In this document: one piece after another, positions 19,342-28,596 of the stretch | Numbering within the stretch: the stretch's first letter is position 1 | Layout of the letters: each line of letters opens with the position of its first letter | Assembly: GCA_963805975.1 (NCBI GenBank) | Contig: CAWDVR010000001.1 | Span: forward strand, 288,001 to 352,000 | DNA length: 64,000 nt | Reading direction: 5' to 3' | Source of the DNA: an uncultured Acidobacteriota bacterium | GTDB lineage: Bacteria; Acidobacteriota; Thermoanaerobaculia; Multivoradales; SZUA-115 | Made by a program: the position numbers and the translations under genes | Notes under the pieces: model-generated | Told to the model about the DNA's origin: nothing | Seen by the model: the letters and a program-made list of their open reading frames with translations, nothing else | Database searches by the model: none

Positions 19342-21012
19342 CTACCCCAGCAGCTCCCGCGCGATCCGCCACACCAGCTCCGGCAGCACGCCGAAGGAGT
19401 AGGGGGCGTAGACCCGCTCGAGGCGCTGATGGTAGTCGCGGCCCCAGGGGCCGGCGTTGATGGCGGGGAAGCCCAGCCGGCCGAGCACCGAGTAGTCGAA
19501 GGCGAGGAGGTCCGTGCCCCAGGCCGGGCTGTTGTCGGCCACCACGGCCGCGTCCTCGGGCGGCACCCGCGAGGCGAGGAAGCTCATGTCCGAGATGCCG
19601 GCGAAGTAGTGCCGCAGAGTGATCGCGCGGCCGGAGTCCCGTCCCACGGCCGCGGCCTGGCGGCGTGACACCTCCTCCAGCCGCCGGTGGCGAGGGTCGT
19701 CGGCCTCGAGATGGAGAGGCGGGTAGTAGAGCGCGCCCCAGGCCACCACCGCGGCAGGGCCGGAGAGATCGGCCCAGCCCGCGAGCTTCGCGGTGGCTCG
19801 GCGGCTGAAGGTGGGGAGGTCCATGCCGGGCTCGGCCGCCAGCTCCCGGGTGAAGGACGCCCAGTCCCGCGCCGCCGCCGTTCCGCGCCGCGCGAAGGCC
19901 CGCTCGCGCAGCTCGGCGAAGGCCAGTACCGTCGGCTCCCAGGCGAGGTCGGGCCGCGGGCGGCCCGCTCGCGCGGACCACGAGGAGGCGCGCTCGCGCA
20001 TCCGCGCGCCCGCCTCCTCGATCGCCGCCCGCGCCAGGCCCAGCCAGCGCTCCAGCTCGCGGCTCGGCGTGGCGGCATGGGTGAGCTGGTTGAAGGCACA
20101 CCAGGCGAGCTCCGGCGTGGTGACGTCGTAGCCTTCCTTCAAGTCGGCGAGCCGGAGGGCGACGGGCGGCGGCGCCACGGCGCCGTGCGCCGCGTCGGCG
20201 AGCTCGGGGTCGCACTCCACGCGCCGCACCAGCTCGGCGGCGAGCAGGTTGGCATTGAGGCCGTCGAACGGGAAGCCGGCGTGCGCCGGGCGGCCCACGA
20301 AGAGCACGGAGGGGAGGAGCTTGCCCACGCTGCCCAGGTAGACCGCCTGGCCCTCGCCGCCGTCGCCCGGATCGTTGGTGGCGTCGAGGTTGATCGCTGC
20401 CACCGTCTCGAGGTCCCTCTCGCGCAGGAGGTCGGGGAGGGCGAGCGCGGCCGAGCGCATGCCGTGCGAGGTGACCTCCTCGTCCGGTGTGGCGAGGAAG
20501 AGGAGGTTGCCCGGGCGGTCGGCCGCGGGCAGCGCGGCGAAACGCTCCAGCACCGCGATCCCGGCCGCGAGCCCGCTCTTCATGTCGAGCGCCGCACGGC
20601 CGGGCAGGAAGTCGCCGCTCTCGAGGTCGGCGAGCGCGCGGCCATCGGCCGCCGAGGAGCCGTGGCGCCGCAGATCCTCGAGCAGCGCCGGCAGCAGGGC
20701 CTCGGGGTCGCAGGCCAGGGGCTCGAGCGGGCCGTAGGGTGCGAGGCTCACCGTGTCGTAGTGGCCGCAGAGGATCACCGTCCGGCGGCCGGTGCCGCGC
20801 ACCAGGGCGAACACGTTCTCGCGCTCGTAGCGGTCGCCCACCGTCCGCTGCCGGCGGAGATCCGCGGGGTGCGACGCGAAGTAGGAGATCTGCGCGAGGA
20901 GATCGTGGAGATGGGCGGCGAAGTCTCTCTCGCCCGGTGTTCCGGTCACGCTCGGCAGGCGGACCAGGTCCAGCGTGAGCTGGCGGACGCGGGGCAGCCA
21001 GGGGTCGGGCAT
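19342..21012 (-). CDS. rocB: M20/M25/M40 metallohydrolase, RocB (arginine utilization)-like
   Basis: GHYDTV, GRAALDMKSG, PDEE, GSVGK, GISDMS, GPWGRDYHQRLER; start trimmed to ATG 21012. Confidence 0.8.
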   Translation of the reverse strand: MPDPWLPRVRQLTLDLVRLPSVTGTPGERDFAAHLHDLLAQISYFASHPADLRRQRTVGDRYERENVFALVRGTGRRTVILCGHYDTVSLAPYGPLEPLACDPEALLPALLEDLRRHGSSAADGRALADLESGDFLPGRAALDMKSGLAAGIAVLERFAALPAADRPGNLLFLATPDEEVTSHGMRSAALALPDLLRERDLETVAAINLDATNDPGDGGEGQAVYLGSVGKLLPSVLFVGRPAHAGFPFDGLNANLLAAELVRRVECDPELADAAHGAVAPPPVALRLADLKEGYDVTTPELAWCAFNQLTHAATPSRELERWLGLARAAIEEAGARMRERASSWSARAGRPRPDLAWEPTVLAFAELRERAFARRGTAAARDWASFTRELAAEPGMDLPTFSRRATAKLAGWADLSGPAAVVAWGALYYPPLHLEADDPRHRRLEEVSRRQAAAVGRDSGRAITLRHYFAGISDMSFLASRVPPEDAAVVADNSPAWGTDLLAFDYSVLGRLGFPAINAGPWGRDYHQRLERVYAPYSFGVLPELVWRIARELLG

Positions 21013-21130
21013 CGAGCGGAGCTTAGCGCGCCCCGAAGAACGGATGGAGACCCTGTCGCCATCTGAGGACTCGATGGCCGGCGAAAAGCCGGGCGTGGCG
21101 CAGGACAGGCGAAGCGCTAAGCTTCCCGTC

Positions 21131-22753
21131 GTGCTGAGCACCGGCAGCCCACCCCCGGCCAACGGCGCCCGCCTCCAGGGAACGGGCGAGGAGCTCGCGA
21201 TCCTCGCCGAGATCGCGCGTCTCGCGACCGAGGACCTGGAGCTGCGGCCCATGCTGCAGCGGGTGACGGATGCGCTGGCCCTGCGCTTCGGTTGGGAGCT
21301 GGTGGCGCTGGTCCGCGTGGACCGCGAGCAGGAGCGCTTCGTGTGCGAGGCGCTCACCACCACCGTGCCCACCGCCGTGACCCCCGGCTACGGCCGGGCG
21401 TTCGGCAGCGGCGTGGTGGGCCAGGTGGCGGCCACCGGCAGGAGCCTGGTGATCGACGACGCGGAGACCTACCCGGACTTCGTCGAGATCTTTCCCGGCA
21501 CCCGCTCCGAGCTCTGCGCGCCGATCCGGCACCGCGGCGAGGTGGTCGCCGTGCTGAATCTCGAAAGCCCGCGCCCGGCGGCTTTCCATGGCCAGCTCCC
21601 GCTGGTCGAGGCGATCACCGACCAGATCGCCGGCGCCATCGCGAGCGCCCGCCTCTACGAGGCCACCCGGCAGCGGGCGCTCTCCTTCGAGGTGCTCTCC
21701 GAGGTCTCGCGGGCGGCGCTCTCCGGCGCCGAACGGGGCGGCGCCGGCCTGTCGAGCATCCTGGAGGCCATCGCCACCTACGTGCAGCAGCGCTTCGACC
21801 TGCTGCTGGTCGCCATCGTGGTCACCGACGAGTCCGGGCTCGAGTGGGCGCACCGCGCTTTCGTCACCCGCCATCCGCTGCCGCTCGCCAGCTACGCGCG
21901 CTGGCCGACCAGCGCCGGGGTGGCCGGCCGCGCCATCCGGCTCGGCGCGCCGCAGCTCGTGCTCGACGTGGCGACGGACCCGGACTACGTGGCCATCTCG
22001 GACGAGGTGCGAGCCGAGTTCGTGGCCCCGATCCGGGCCGGCGGCCGCATGATCGGTGCCTTCGCGACCGAGAACGACGATGCCGCGTTTTTCTCGGCCG
22101 AGAACCTCCGCCTCCTCGAGCTGGTAGCCGACCAGGTGGCGGGCGCCATCCAGCTCGCCCTTCTCAACGAGAGGCTGTCGGAGATCAAGGTGCAGCTCGA
22201 AGCGGCCAACGGCCATCTGCAGCAGGCCAACCGCTCGCTCGAGCGCCTGTCCCAGGTCGATCCGCTGACCGGGCTCTCCAACCGCCGCCACTTCGAGGAG
22301 TGCCTGGCGCTCGAGTGGCGCCGCCTGGCACGGGCGCAGCGCCCCCTGTCGCTGCTGCTCGCGGACGTGGACCACTTCAAGGCCTACAACGACGCCCAGG
22401 GCCACATCGCCGGCGACCGCTGCCTGCAACGGGTGGCCGCGGTGCTGCGCGACGGCGCACTGCGGGCCGGCGACCTGGTGGCGCGTTACGGTGGCGAGGA
22501 GTTCGCGGTGGTGCTCTCCGACACCGATGCCCCCGGCGCAGAGCGTATCGCCGAGCACATGCGCTCGCACCTCGAGGCCCTGGCGATCGACCACCCGGCC
22601 TCGCCCGTCGCGCCGCACGTGACCCTCTCGGCCGGTGTCGCCACCGTCATACCCAGCCTCGAAGGCTCCCCCGCCCAGCTCGTGGCCGCCGCCGACCGCG
22701 CCCTCTACCGCGCCAAGCAGGACGGCCGGAACCGGGTGGCGGCGGGGGAGTGA
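21131..22753 (+). CDS. GAF-GAF-GGDEF diguanylate cyclase
   Basis: Two GAF domains, coiled coil, DPLTG, DVDHFKAYND, RAGD I-site, GGEEF; start uncertain (21043-21131). Confidence 0.92.
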   Translation: MLSTGSPPPANGARLQGTGEELAILAEIARLATEDLELRPMLQRVTDALALRFGWELVALVRVDREQERFVCEALTTTVPTAVTPGYGRAFGSGVVGQVAATGRSLVIDDAETYPDFVEIFPGTRSELCAPIRHRGEVVAVLNLESPRPAAFHGQLPLVEAITDQIAGAIASARLYEATRQRALSFEVLSEVSRAALSGAERGGAGLSSILEAIATYVQQRFDLLLVAIVVTDESGLEWAHRAFVTRHPLPLASYARWPTSAGVAGRAIRLGAPQLVLDVATDPDYVAISDEVRAEFVAPIRAGGRMIGAFATENDDAAFFSAENLRLLELVADQVAGAIQLALLNERLSEIKVQLEAANGHLQQANRSLERLSQVDPLTGLSNRRHFEECLALEWRRLARAQRPLSLLLADVDHFKAYNDAQGHIAGDRCLQRVAAVLRDGALRAGDLVARYGGEEFAVVLSDTDAPGAERIAEHMRSHLEALAIDHPASPVAPHVTLSAGVATVIPSLEGSPAQLVAAADRALYRAKQDGRNRVAAGE

Positions 22754-22779
22754 GCGGCTAGACAGAGAAGAGGCGCCTC

Positions 22780-23238
22780 GTGAACTGGATCGCTCCGGAA
22801 AGCTACGGTGACGTCTTCGACCGGCTCGAACGGGATGAGGTCCGGTATGTCGTGGTCAGCGGAATGGCCGTCGTGCTGCACGGCCACGTGCGGCCCGTGG
22901 CCGACCTGGACATGGTCATCGACGCCGCGCCCGAGGCGGCGCGCCACGCCATGCACGCGCTGGCGCTGGCCGGCTTCGTGCCGAGCATCCCGCTGCCGCT
23001 CTCCGCCCTCACGGTGCTGCGGATGTTCGATGCCGCAGCGCGCGAGATCGACGTTTTCGTCCGCTACTCGATCCCTTTCGGCGAGCTGTGGGAGAGCTCG
23101 GAGCGTGTGCGCGTCGGCGGCAGCACCGCTCGTATCGCCTCGCTCGACCACCTGCTGCGGGCGAAGCGGACCCATGGACGGCCGCACGATCTGCTGGACG
23201 TCGAAGGGTTGCTCGCGCTCCAGGCTGACGAGCCGTGA
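22780..23238 (+). CDS. Nucleotidyltransferase-fold hypothetical protein (DUF6036-like)
   Basis: YVVVSGMAVVLHG..R...DLD and K...GRPHDLLDV motifs. Confidence 0.65.
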   Translation: MNWIAPESYGDVFDRLERDEVRYVVVSGMAVVLHGHVRPVADLDMVIDAAPEAARHAMHALALAGFVPSIPLPLSALTVLRMFDAAAREIDVFVRYSIPFGELWESSERVRVGGSTARIASLDHLLRAKRTHGRPHDLLDVEGLLALQADEP

Positions 23239-23278
23239 AAAAGGGCCCGCCGCAGCCTGGGAGTCGGGCTGCGGCGGG
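23238..23278 (-). terminator. Intrinsic terminator-like hairpin downstream of the S8 gene
   Basis: 12-bp stem cccgccgcagcc/ggctgcggcggg followed on the minus strand by ccc-ttttt; between convergent genes. Confidence 0.6.
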
Positions 23279-23305
23279 AGGTGGGGAAACTGAGGCCCAG
23301 CGCCG

Positions 23306-26300
23306 CTACGGCAGCGGCTTGGGGTCGATCGGGGTGGCGATCAGGGGCGCGTTGATCTCGTAGGTCACGCCGCCGACCGGCTCCTGGTCCGGGCTCGAGG
23401 TGTCTTCCTGCACCACGCTGAACTTGTAGAGGCCGGCGACCGGCTCCGGCTCGGGCTCGATGTCACCGGACGGGACGATGATCACTCCCCGGTCCTCGAA
23501 GGCCATGCGCACCGAGTACTCCGCGAGGCCCGGGAGCGGCACGAAGATGTGCGCCGGGCTGGCGACCACCCGGAAGGTGAGGTTGTCGATCAGCTCGATG
23601 CCGGCGCCCTGATTGCCGTGCGCGGCCCAGATCTCGGCCATCTCCGGGTCGAGGGCCACCGTCACCTGGCCGCGGGATAGGAAGCCGGGAGCATCGCGCT
23701 CCTCACGGAACACCAGGTTGAGCTTGACGTCGAAGTCCTCGACGTTGCGGAAGATGAAGTCCACCACGCCGTCGTTCTGCCCTTCGCCGGCGGCCTTCTC
23801 GATGTTGCCGGGCGGGATCAGGTTGACGATGTTGAGGTTCTTCCACACGATGTTGTTGTTGTTGCGCGTGTTGGTGGTGATGTTCACGCCTTCGGCGAAG
23901 GTCATCGGGTCCTGCGTCGTGTCGAGGCGCACCACCAGGCAGTAGTGGCCGACGCCCGGCGGGTTCCAGGCGAGCTTCGCCACGACCACCTGCCCCGGCA
24001 TCACGCTCGGCAGGGTGGTGGTGCCCACGTGGGTCCACTGCGCCGGCCAGGAGAGGCCGGTCGAAGCGTTGGCGAGGTAGAACTTCACCGGCACGTTCAC
24101 GGCCTCGACCTGGCTGCGGTTGCGGACGTTGACGTGGATGTAGTTGGGCTGGCCGAACTCGGGGTTCTGGTGCGCGAGGCCGCCGTCGTCCAGGTTGCGG
24201 ATCCAGATGTCCGGCGAGGTCCACATCGCGCCCGGGTCCGGGTTGGGCTCGGTGCCGACGTCGGTCGCGAGGTCCCGGCTCCAGACGTCGGTGGGGGCCA
24301 GCGGGCAGGTGGTGAGGGTGATGTCGTCGATCCAGAAGGTGGTGAAGAGCGAGGCGTCGTTGACCGCGCGGAAGGCCAGGGTCACGGTCTGGCCGGCGAA
24401 CTGGCTCACGTCCACGTGCGCGGCATGCATCCACTGGCCCTGCTGCCAGCCGTCGTAGCGCACGTCGAGCACCGAGAGCGTGACCCCCGAGACCGCGTGC
24501 CGGATCTCGGCGATGAAGTGGTCGGCGTTCCAGTTGGGTGCCACCCGCTGGGTGGTCATGTACCAGAAGTAGGAGATCTCGGCGCGGCCGGTGCCGGCCG
24601 GGATGGTGATGTTGCGCGTCGCCTCGTGGGTGGTGGAGACGGCGCCGCCGAAGCGCAGCGACCAGGCACCGTGGCCGGCGGCCGGGGCCGCCACCCGCAC
24701 GGTACCGGGGGTGAGCGTGAAGCCGTCGTTGCCCGCCTCGAAGCCCCACGGGGCGTTGGTGACACAGAGCGGGGCGTTGTACTGGTGGGGCTTGGCGGTG
24801 AAGGTGAGGCCGTAGGCCTGGGGGGAGCCCGAAGGCACCGCGGTGCCGATCACCCGCACCGTCCACACGCCGGCCTGCGGGTTGAGCACCCGCACCTGCT
24901 CCTGATTGTCCAGGTTATTGACGCCGGTGGTCGCCGGCAGGTGGGGGCTGGCGTTGGAGAGCACCCAGGGGCGGTGGATCACAGCGGCAGGCGAGACCAG
25001 CTCGAGGTTCAGGTTGTTGACCGGGGCGAGAGCCGCGAAAGCGGCGGCGGCGAAGTCGTCCCAGGCCACCGTGGCCTTGAGCTCGCCGGTGCCCGCCGGC
25101 ACGGTGATGGTGAAGGAGTCCGTCTGGCCGGTGGCGACCGAGTCCGTGCCCCAGCGCTGGAGCGCGACACCGCCCAGGGTGTTGTTGCCGGCGCGCTCGA
25201 GGTCGATGAGGGCCTTGGTGTCCACCGCACCGTAGCCGTAGATGAAGTCCGGGCCGTCCTGCCCGAAGTCACGGGAGGAGTGCACCAGCATCGCCTTCAC
25301 CAGGCTGGCCAGCGGGCGGGCGTTGGCACCGCCGAAGCCGCGCGCGCGCCAGTCCTCGGTGAAGAGGCTCACCGCCCCGGCGACCGCCGGGGTGGCCATC
25401 GAGGTGCCGCACCAACGAACCACGCCCGCGACGTAGGCCTGGTACGCGGTGTCGTTGGTGGAGATCGAGGAGTAGATGGCGGGCTCGCCGGAGACCCGGC
25501 CGGTCTCGCAGCCGGGCGCCGAGATCACCGGCTTCAAACGCCCGTCGTCGCAGGGCCCCCAGCTCGAGAAGGACGTCATGGCGCCGCCGTCGGACTCGAG
25601 TGCGCCCACGTGGATGGGGTTCTTGGCGCAGGAGGGCTCGGCGGTGGTGCGGTAGTTTGGGCCGCAGCGCCCGCCGGCGCCGCTGCGCTCGTTGCCGTTG
25701 GCCCAGGTCATCAGCACCGGGCCGGTGACCGCGCCGTTGTTGCCGCGCACGATGCCGTCGATCAGCGCTGCGGACACGCCGTAGTCGCCCTCGCGGGCGC
25801 AGGGGTACATGTTGGCGGCGGTGTTGCTGCCGATCGAGTTGGTGCCGAGGTCGGCGTTGTGGGTGTTGCGGGCCAGCGCGTAGTCCGCCTGGATGTCGCC
25901 GGCGTTGTCCCAGAACAGCATGGTACCCAGGGTCTGCTGATAGCCGGCGGTGAGAATGCTCACATCGATCGCGACGCCGCGGCCCCTGCCGCCGGCGCTC
26001 GTCGGGGCACCGTCGCCGCCGAGGGTGCCGGCCACGTGGGTCGGGTGGTCGGCGATCGCGGTGGCGTCGAGGCTGGTCACCCGGGCAGGGCCGGCGCCGA
26101 CCCGGAAGGTCTCGTGGGTGGGCCTCACCCGGCCGCCGTCGAAGACGAAGGCGCGCACGCCGGTGCCGTCGAGGCTGTAGGGCGCGATCAGCACCGGGTC
26201 GACCCGCATCTGCGCGCGCACGCCGTCGTTGGTCGGGGTGAGCGGTGGCGGTCCCTCTTCCACCCACAGCACCTCTTCCTTGGCGGCGAGCTTGCGGAGG

Positions 26301-26896
26301 TTGCCCTCCTCGACCCACATCGTGGCGCCGTGGAGGCCCTCCAGCGGGTCCATCACCACGCCGTTCACCTCGAGCGCCAGCGAGTAGAGGCGGCCGAGGT
26401 CGACGTCATGGTGGAGCTGCACGGCGGTCATCACCCACTCGGGCCGCGAGGCGTCGCGGGCCCAGGGTGCGATGTCTCCGCTCTTGAGGTAGGGATGGAG
26501 CTTGCGGTCCGCGCTCCAGTGCGCGGCATAGCGCACGTCCGCGCGGCCGGTGACCTGGGCCAACCGGCCGACCGGCACGGCGGCGATCCAGGAGCTCTGG
26601 GGCACCCAGGCTCCGAGGTCCAGGCCGTCGCGCCACAGCTCGTTCTTCTCTTCTTCCGTGGGAACGCGGTCGAGCTGCACCAGGAGGTGGATCTTGTCCT
26701 GCCCCTGGGCCGTGACCTCGGCCGCCGCCCGGTCGAGGGCCTGGCGGTCCGCGGAGGAAACGCCGGCGCGCGGCGTGAAGGTGCCTTCCAGCAAATGGAT
26801 CGTGTAGCTCCGGTCCTCGGCCGCCGCGGCAAGTGCCGCCTGCGGCAGGGCGAGACCGATGCCCATCAAGACCAACCAAGACAAGGCTCTTCTCAT
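23306..26896 (-). CDS. Secreted S8 serine peptidase with jelly-roll and CARDB-like C-terminal domains
   Basis: SD AAGGAGG; signal peptide, propeptide, VFDGG (Asp), HPTHVAG (His), GTSMATP (Ser); C-terminal SPDIWIRN...NNN domain. Confidence 0.92.
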   Translation of the reverse strand: MRRALSWLVLMGIGLALPQAALAAAAEDRSYTIHLLEGTFTPRAGVSSADRQALDRAAAEVTAQGQDKIHLLVQLDRVPTEEEKNELWRDGLDLGAWVPQSSWIAAVPVGRLAQVTGRADVRYAAHWSADRKLHPYLKSGDIAPWARDASRPEWVMTAVQLHHDVDLGRLYSLALEVNGVVMDPLEGLHGATMWVEEGNLRKLAAKEEVLWVEEGPPPLTPTNDGVRAQMRVDPVLIAPYSLDGTGVRAFVFDGGRVRPTHETFRVGAGPARVTSLDATAIADHPTHVAGTLGGDGAPTSAGGRGRGVAIDVSILTAGYQQTLGTMLFWDNAGDIQADYALARNTHNADLGTNSIGSNTAANMYPCAREGDYGVSAALIDGIVRGNNGAVTGPVLMTWANGNERSGAGGRCGPNYRTTAEPSCAKNPIHVGALESDGGAMTSFSSWGPCDDGRLKPVISAPGCETGRVSGEPAIYSSISTNDTAYQAYVAGVVRWCGTSMATPAVAGAVSLFTEDWRARGFGGANARPLASLVKAMLVHSSRDFGQDGPDFIYGYGAVDTKALIDLERAGNNTLGGVALQRWGTDSVATGQTDSFTITVPAGTGELKATVAWDDFAAAAFAALAPVNNLNLELVSPAAVIHRPWVLSNASPHLPATTGVNNLDNQEQVRVLNPQAGVWTVRVIGTAVPSGSPQAYGLTFTAKPHQYNAPLCVTNAPWGFEAGNDGFTLTPGTVRVAAPAAGHGAWSLRFGGAVSTTHEATRNITIPAGTGRAEISYFWYMTTQRVAPNWNADHFIAEIRHAVSGVTLSVLDVRYDGWQQGQWMHAAHVDVSQFAGQTVTLAFRAVNDASLFTTFWIDDITLTTCPLAPTDVWSRDLATDVGTEPNPDPGAMWTSPDIWIRNLDDGGLAHQNPEFGQPNYIHVNVRNRSQVEAVNVPVKFYLANASTGLSWPAQWTHVGTTTLPSVMPGQVVVAKLAWNPPGVGHYCLVVRLDTTQDPMTFAEGVNITTNTRNNNNIVWKNLNIVNLIPPGNIEKAAGEGQNDGVVDFIFRNVEDFDVKLNLVFREERDAPGFLSRGQVTVALDPEMAEIWAAHGNQGAGIELIDNLTFRVVASPAHIFVPLPGLAEYSVRMAFEDRGVIIVPSGDIEPEPEPVAGLYKFSVVQEDTSSPDQEPVGGVTYEINAPLIATPIDPKPLP

Positions 26897-27099
26897 CGCA
26901 AACCTCCTTAGGTTGTGGGATCCACGCTGAAGCGGCTGGCGTACCGACCGCTCGCTCAGGTTTACTTACTATTTAGATCTTTGGTAATGCTCATGAGTCA
27001 ACCAGTAAGGTGAGGAAGAGGCTGCAAAGAGAGACAAGGGCTGTCTCCCCGGCGGGTTGCGACGCTGTTACAGGAGGGCCGGCTTAGCTCTCTTCCTGC

Positions 27100-27175
27100 C
27101 GTCATCCCCGCGAAAGCGGGGGGATCCAGGGTGGCGACGAGACCCAGATGGATCCCCGCTTTCGCGGGGATGACG
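27100..27175. repeat. REP/RPE-like inverted repeat pair
   Basis: cgtcatccccgcgaaagcgggg(gg)atcca ... tggatccccgctttcgcggggatgacg (reads WIPAFAGMT in one frame). Confidence 0.85.
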
Positions 27176-27211
27176 AGCCAAGAGGCTTCAGTGAACGGTA
27201 TGGGGCCTGGC

Positions 27212-28594
27212 TCAGGGCGTGGAGCGGAGGCCGAGGCTCGCCGGCTCGCTCTGCGGTCCGGATGGCTCCTGCGCCAGGCTCAACCGCCCCGGTTCGGCTG
27301 CGGTGACCAGCGAGAGTGCCCCGGCCTCCGCGTCGGCGAGAGAGAGCTGGCCATGCTCGGCGCCGGTCAAGCGGGACTGGATCTCCGCGATGGCCTGCCG
27401 GGCCGCGCGGGAGAGCTCGCGGGACCCGCGCTCCTCGAGCTGGCGGAGCGCGGGCACGGCCGCGATGGTGCCGACCCTGCCGAGGGCCTGCGTGGCGGTG
27501 AGGGCCACGCCCTCGCCCTGGCTCGCGAGCGCGGCCACCATCAGGTGCTCGGAGTCCGCGCGGCCGAGACGGCCGAGGGCCTCGAGACAGGCCTTGGCGA
27601 GCTCGCTTCGCCCCGCTTCGAGGGACCGGTGCAAGGTCGCCTCCGCCACGTCGAAGGGGAGGCCCGCCCCGAGCACCCTCACCGCCCGGGCCGCGTGCCC
27701 GTCCGGGGCCGCTGCGTCCGTGACCAGCGCGAGCAAGGTCTTCTGCCCCGCCTTGCCGCGCGCGATCGCGACCTCGAGCCGCACCTCGGTGCTGGGATCG
27801 TCGCGCAGGGCAAGGAGCGTTTTCTCGGTCGCCGGATGCTCGCGAAAGTCCCGGAGCAGGTAGCGCAGGCTCCGCAAGCGCACGCCTTCCTCTGGTTCAC
27901 TGCGGCGGCCGGTGGTGCCCAGGTTGCCGGCGAGGCGGCCGGCCACGTCCTCCGGCTCGACCAGGCGGAGAGCGAGGTCGAGGACCGGCCCGAACAGGTC
28001 GGTCATGAGGTCGGCGAGCTCGTCCGCCCCGATCTCCTTCGAGTGATGAATCGTCACCTTCAGCACCCCGGCCGCGAGCGAGGCTTCCACCTCGCGGTAC
28101 CCTCCTCGCCGGTCCCGGAGCGTTCCTCGCAGCAGGCTTCCAAGCTGCGAGCGCGTCTCCGAGTCCAGCACCGCCTGCACCAGCAGGGAGTCCCCGAGGA
28201 TCGCGAAGGCGTCATCGAACGCCGGCGCGCCGAGCTCGATCTCGAGGCCTCCCAGGAGCTTTGCCCAGCCCGTTTCGCGGCGGACGGTGAGGCCGTGAAG
28301 ACCGTGCCCCAGGCCTGTCACAGTGATCCTGGTCGTGATGACCCCGGGGGCCTTCGGCGCCCCTGGGGGAGGGCTCTCGAGGAAAACCTCCAGGCTGCCG
28401 CAGCGGGCTCGGAGCTGGAGGGTGCCGGACGGCGGCGGCGTCTCGAAGTGGACCTCCAACCCCACCCGCCCCGCCGCCGCGTGCCAGCCTCTCCAGAGCC
28501 GGGCCTCGAGCTCCGGAACCGTGCGATGAGCCCGGTACGCGAGGAACGCCGCGGCGGCGCCACCGACGAGCAGAAACAGAGACAGTGGCTCCAC
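27212..28594 (-). CDS. Membrane-anchored HEAT/PBS-lyase repeat protein (paralog A)
   Basis: N-terminal TM, middle alpha/beta domain (FDDAFAILG), HEAT repeats, C-terminal GQLSL/GALSL/GRLSL tail. Confidence 0.8.
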   Translation of the reverse strand: MEPLSLFLLVGGAAAAFLAYRAHRTVPELEARLWRGWHAAAGRVGLEVHFETPPPSGTLQLRARCGSLEVFLESPPPGAPKAPGVITTRITVTGLGHGLHGLTVRRETGWAKLLGGLEIELGAPAFDDAFAILGDSLLVQAVLDSETRSQLGSLLRGTLRDRRGGYREVEASLAAGVLKVTIHHSKEIGADELADLMTDLFGPVLDLALRLVEPEDVAGRLAGNLGTTGRRSEPEEGVRLRSLRYLLRDFREHPATEKTLLALRDDPSTEVRLEVAIARGKAGQKTLLALVTDAAAPDGHAARAVRVLGAGLPFDVAEATLHRSLEAGRSELAKACLEALGRLGRADSEHLMVAALASQGEGVALTATQALGRVGTIAAVPALRQLEERGSRELSRAARQAIAEIQSRLTGAEHGQLSLADAEAGALSLVTAAEPGRLSLAQEPSGPQSEPASLGLRSTP

Positions 28595-28596
28595 GA

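Noticed and set aside
23945-26911. 988-aa plus ORF (likewise 9628-12249, 43425-45500, 51950-53977, 61158-63476)
   Set aside because: Antisense shadows of clear coding genes, with no recognisable motifs.
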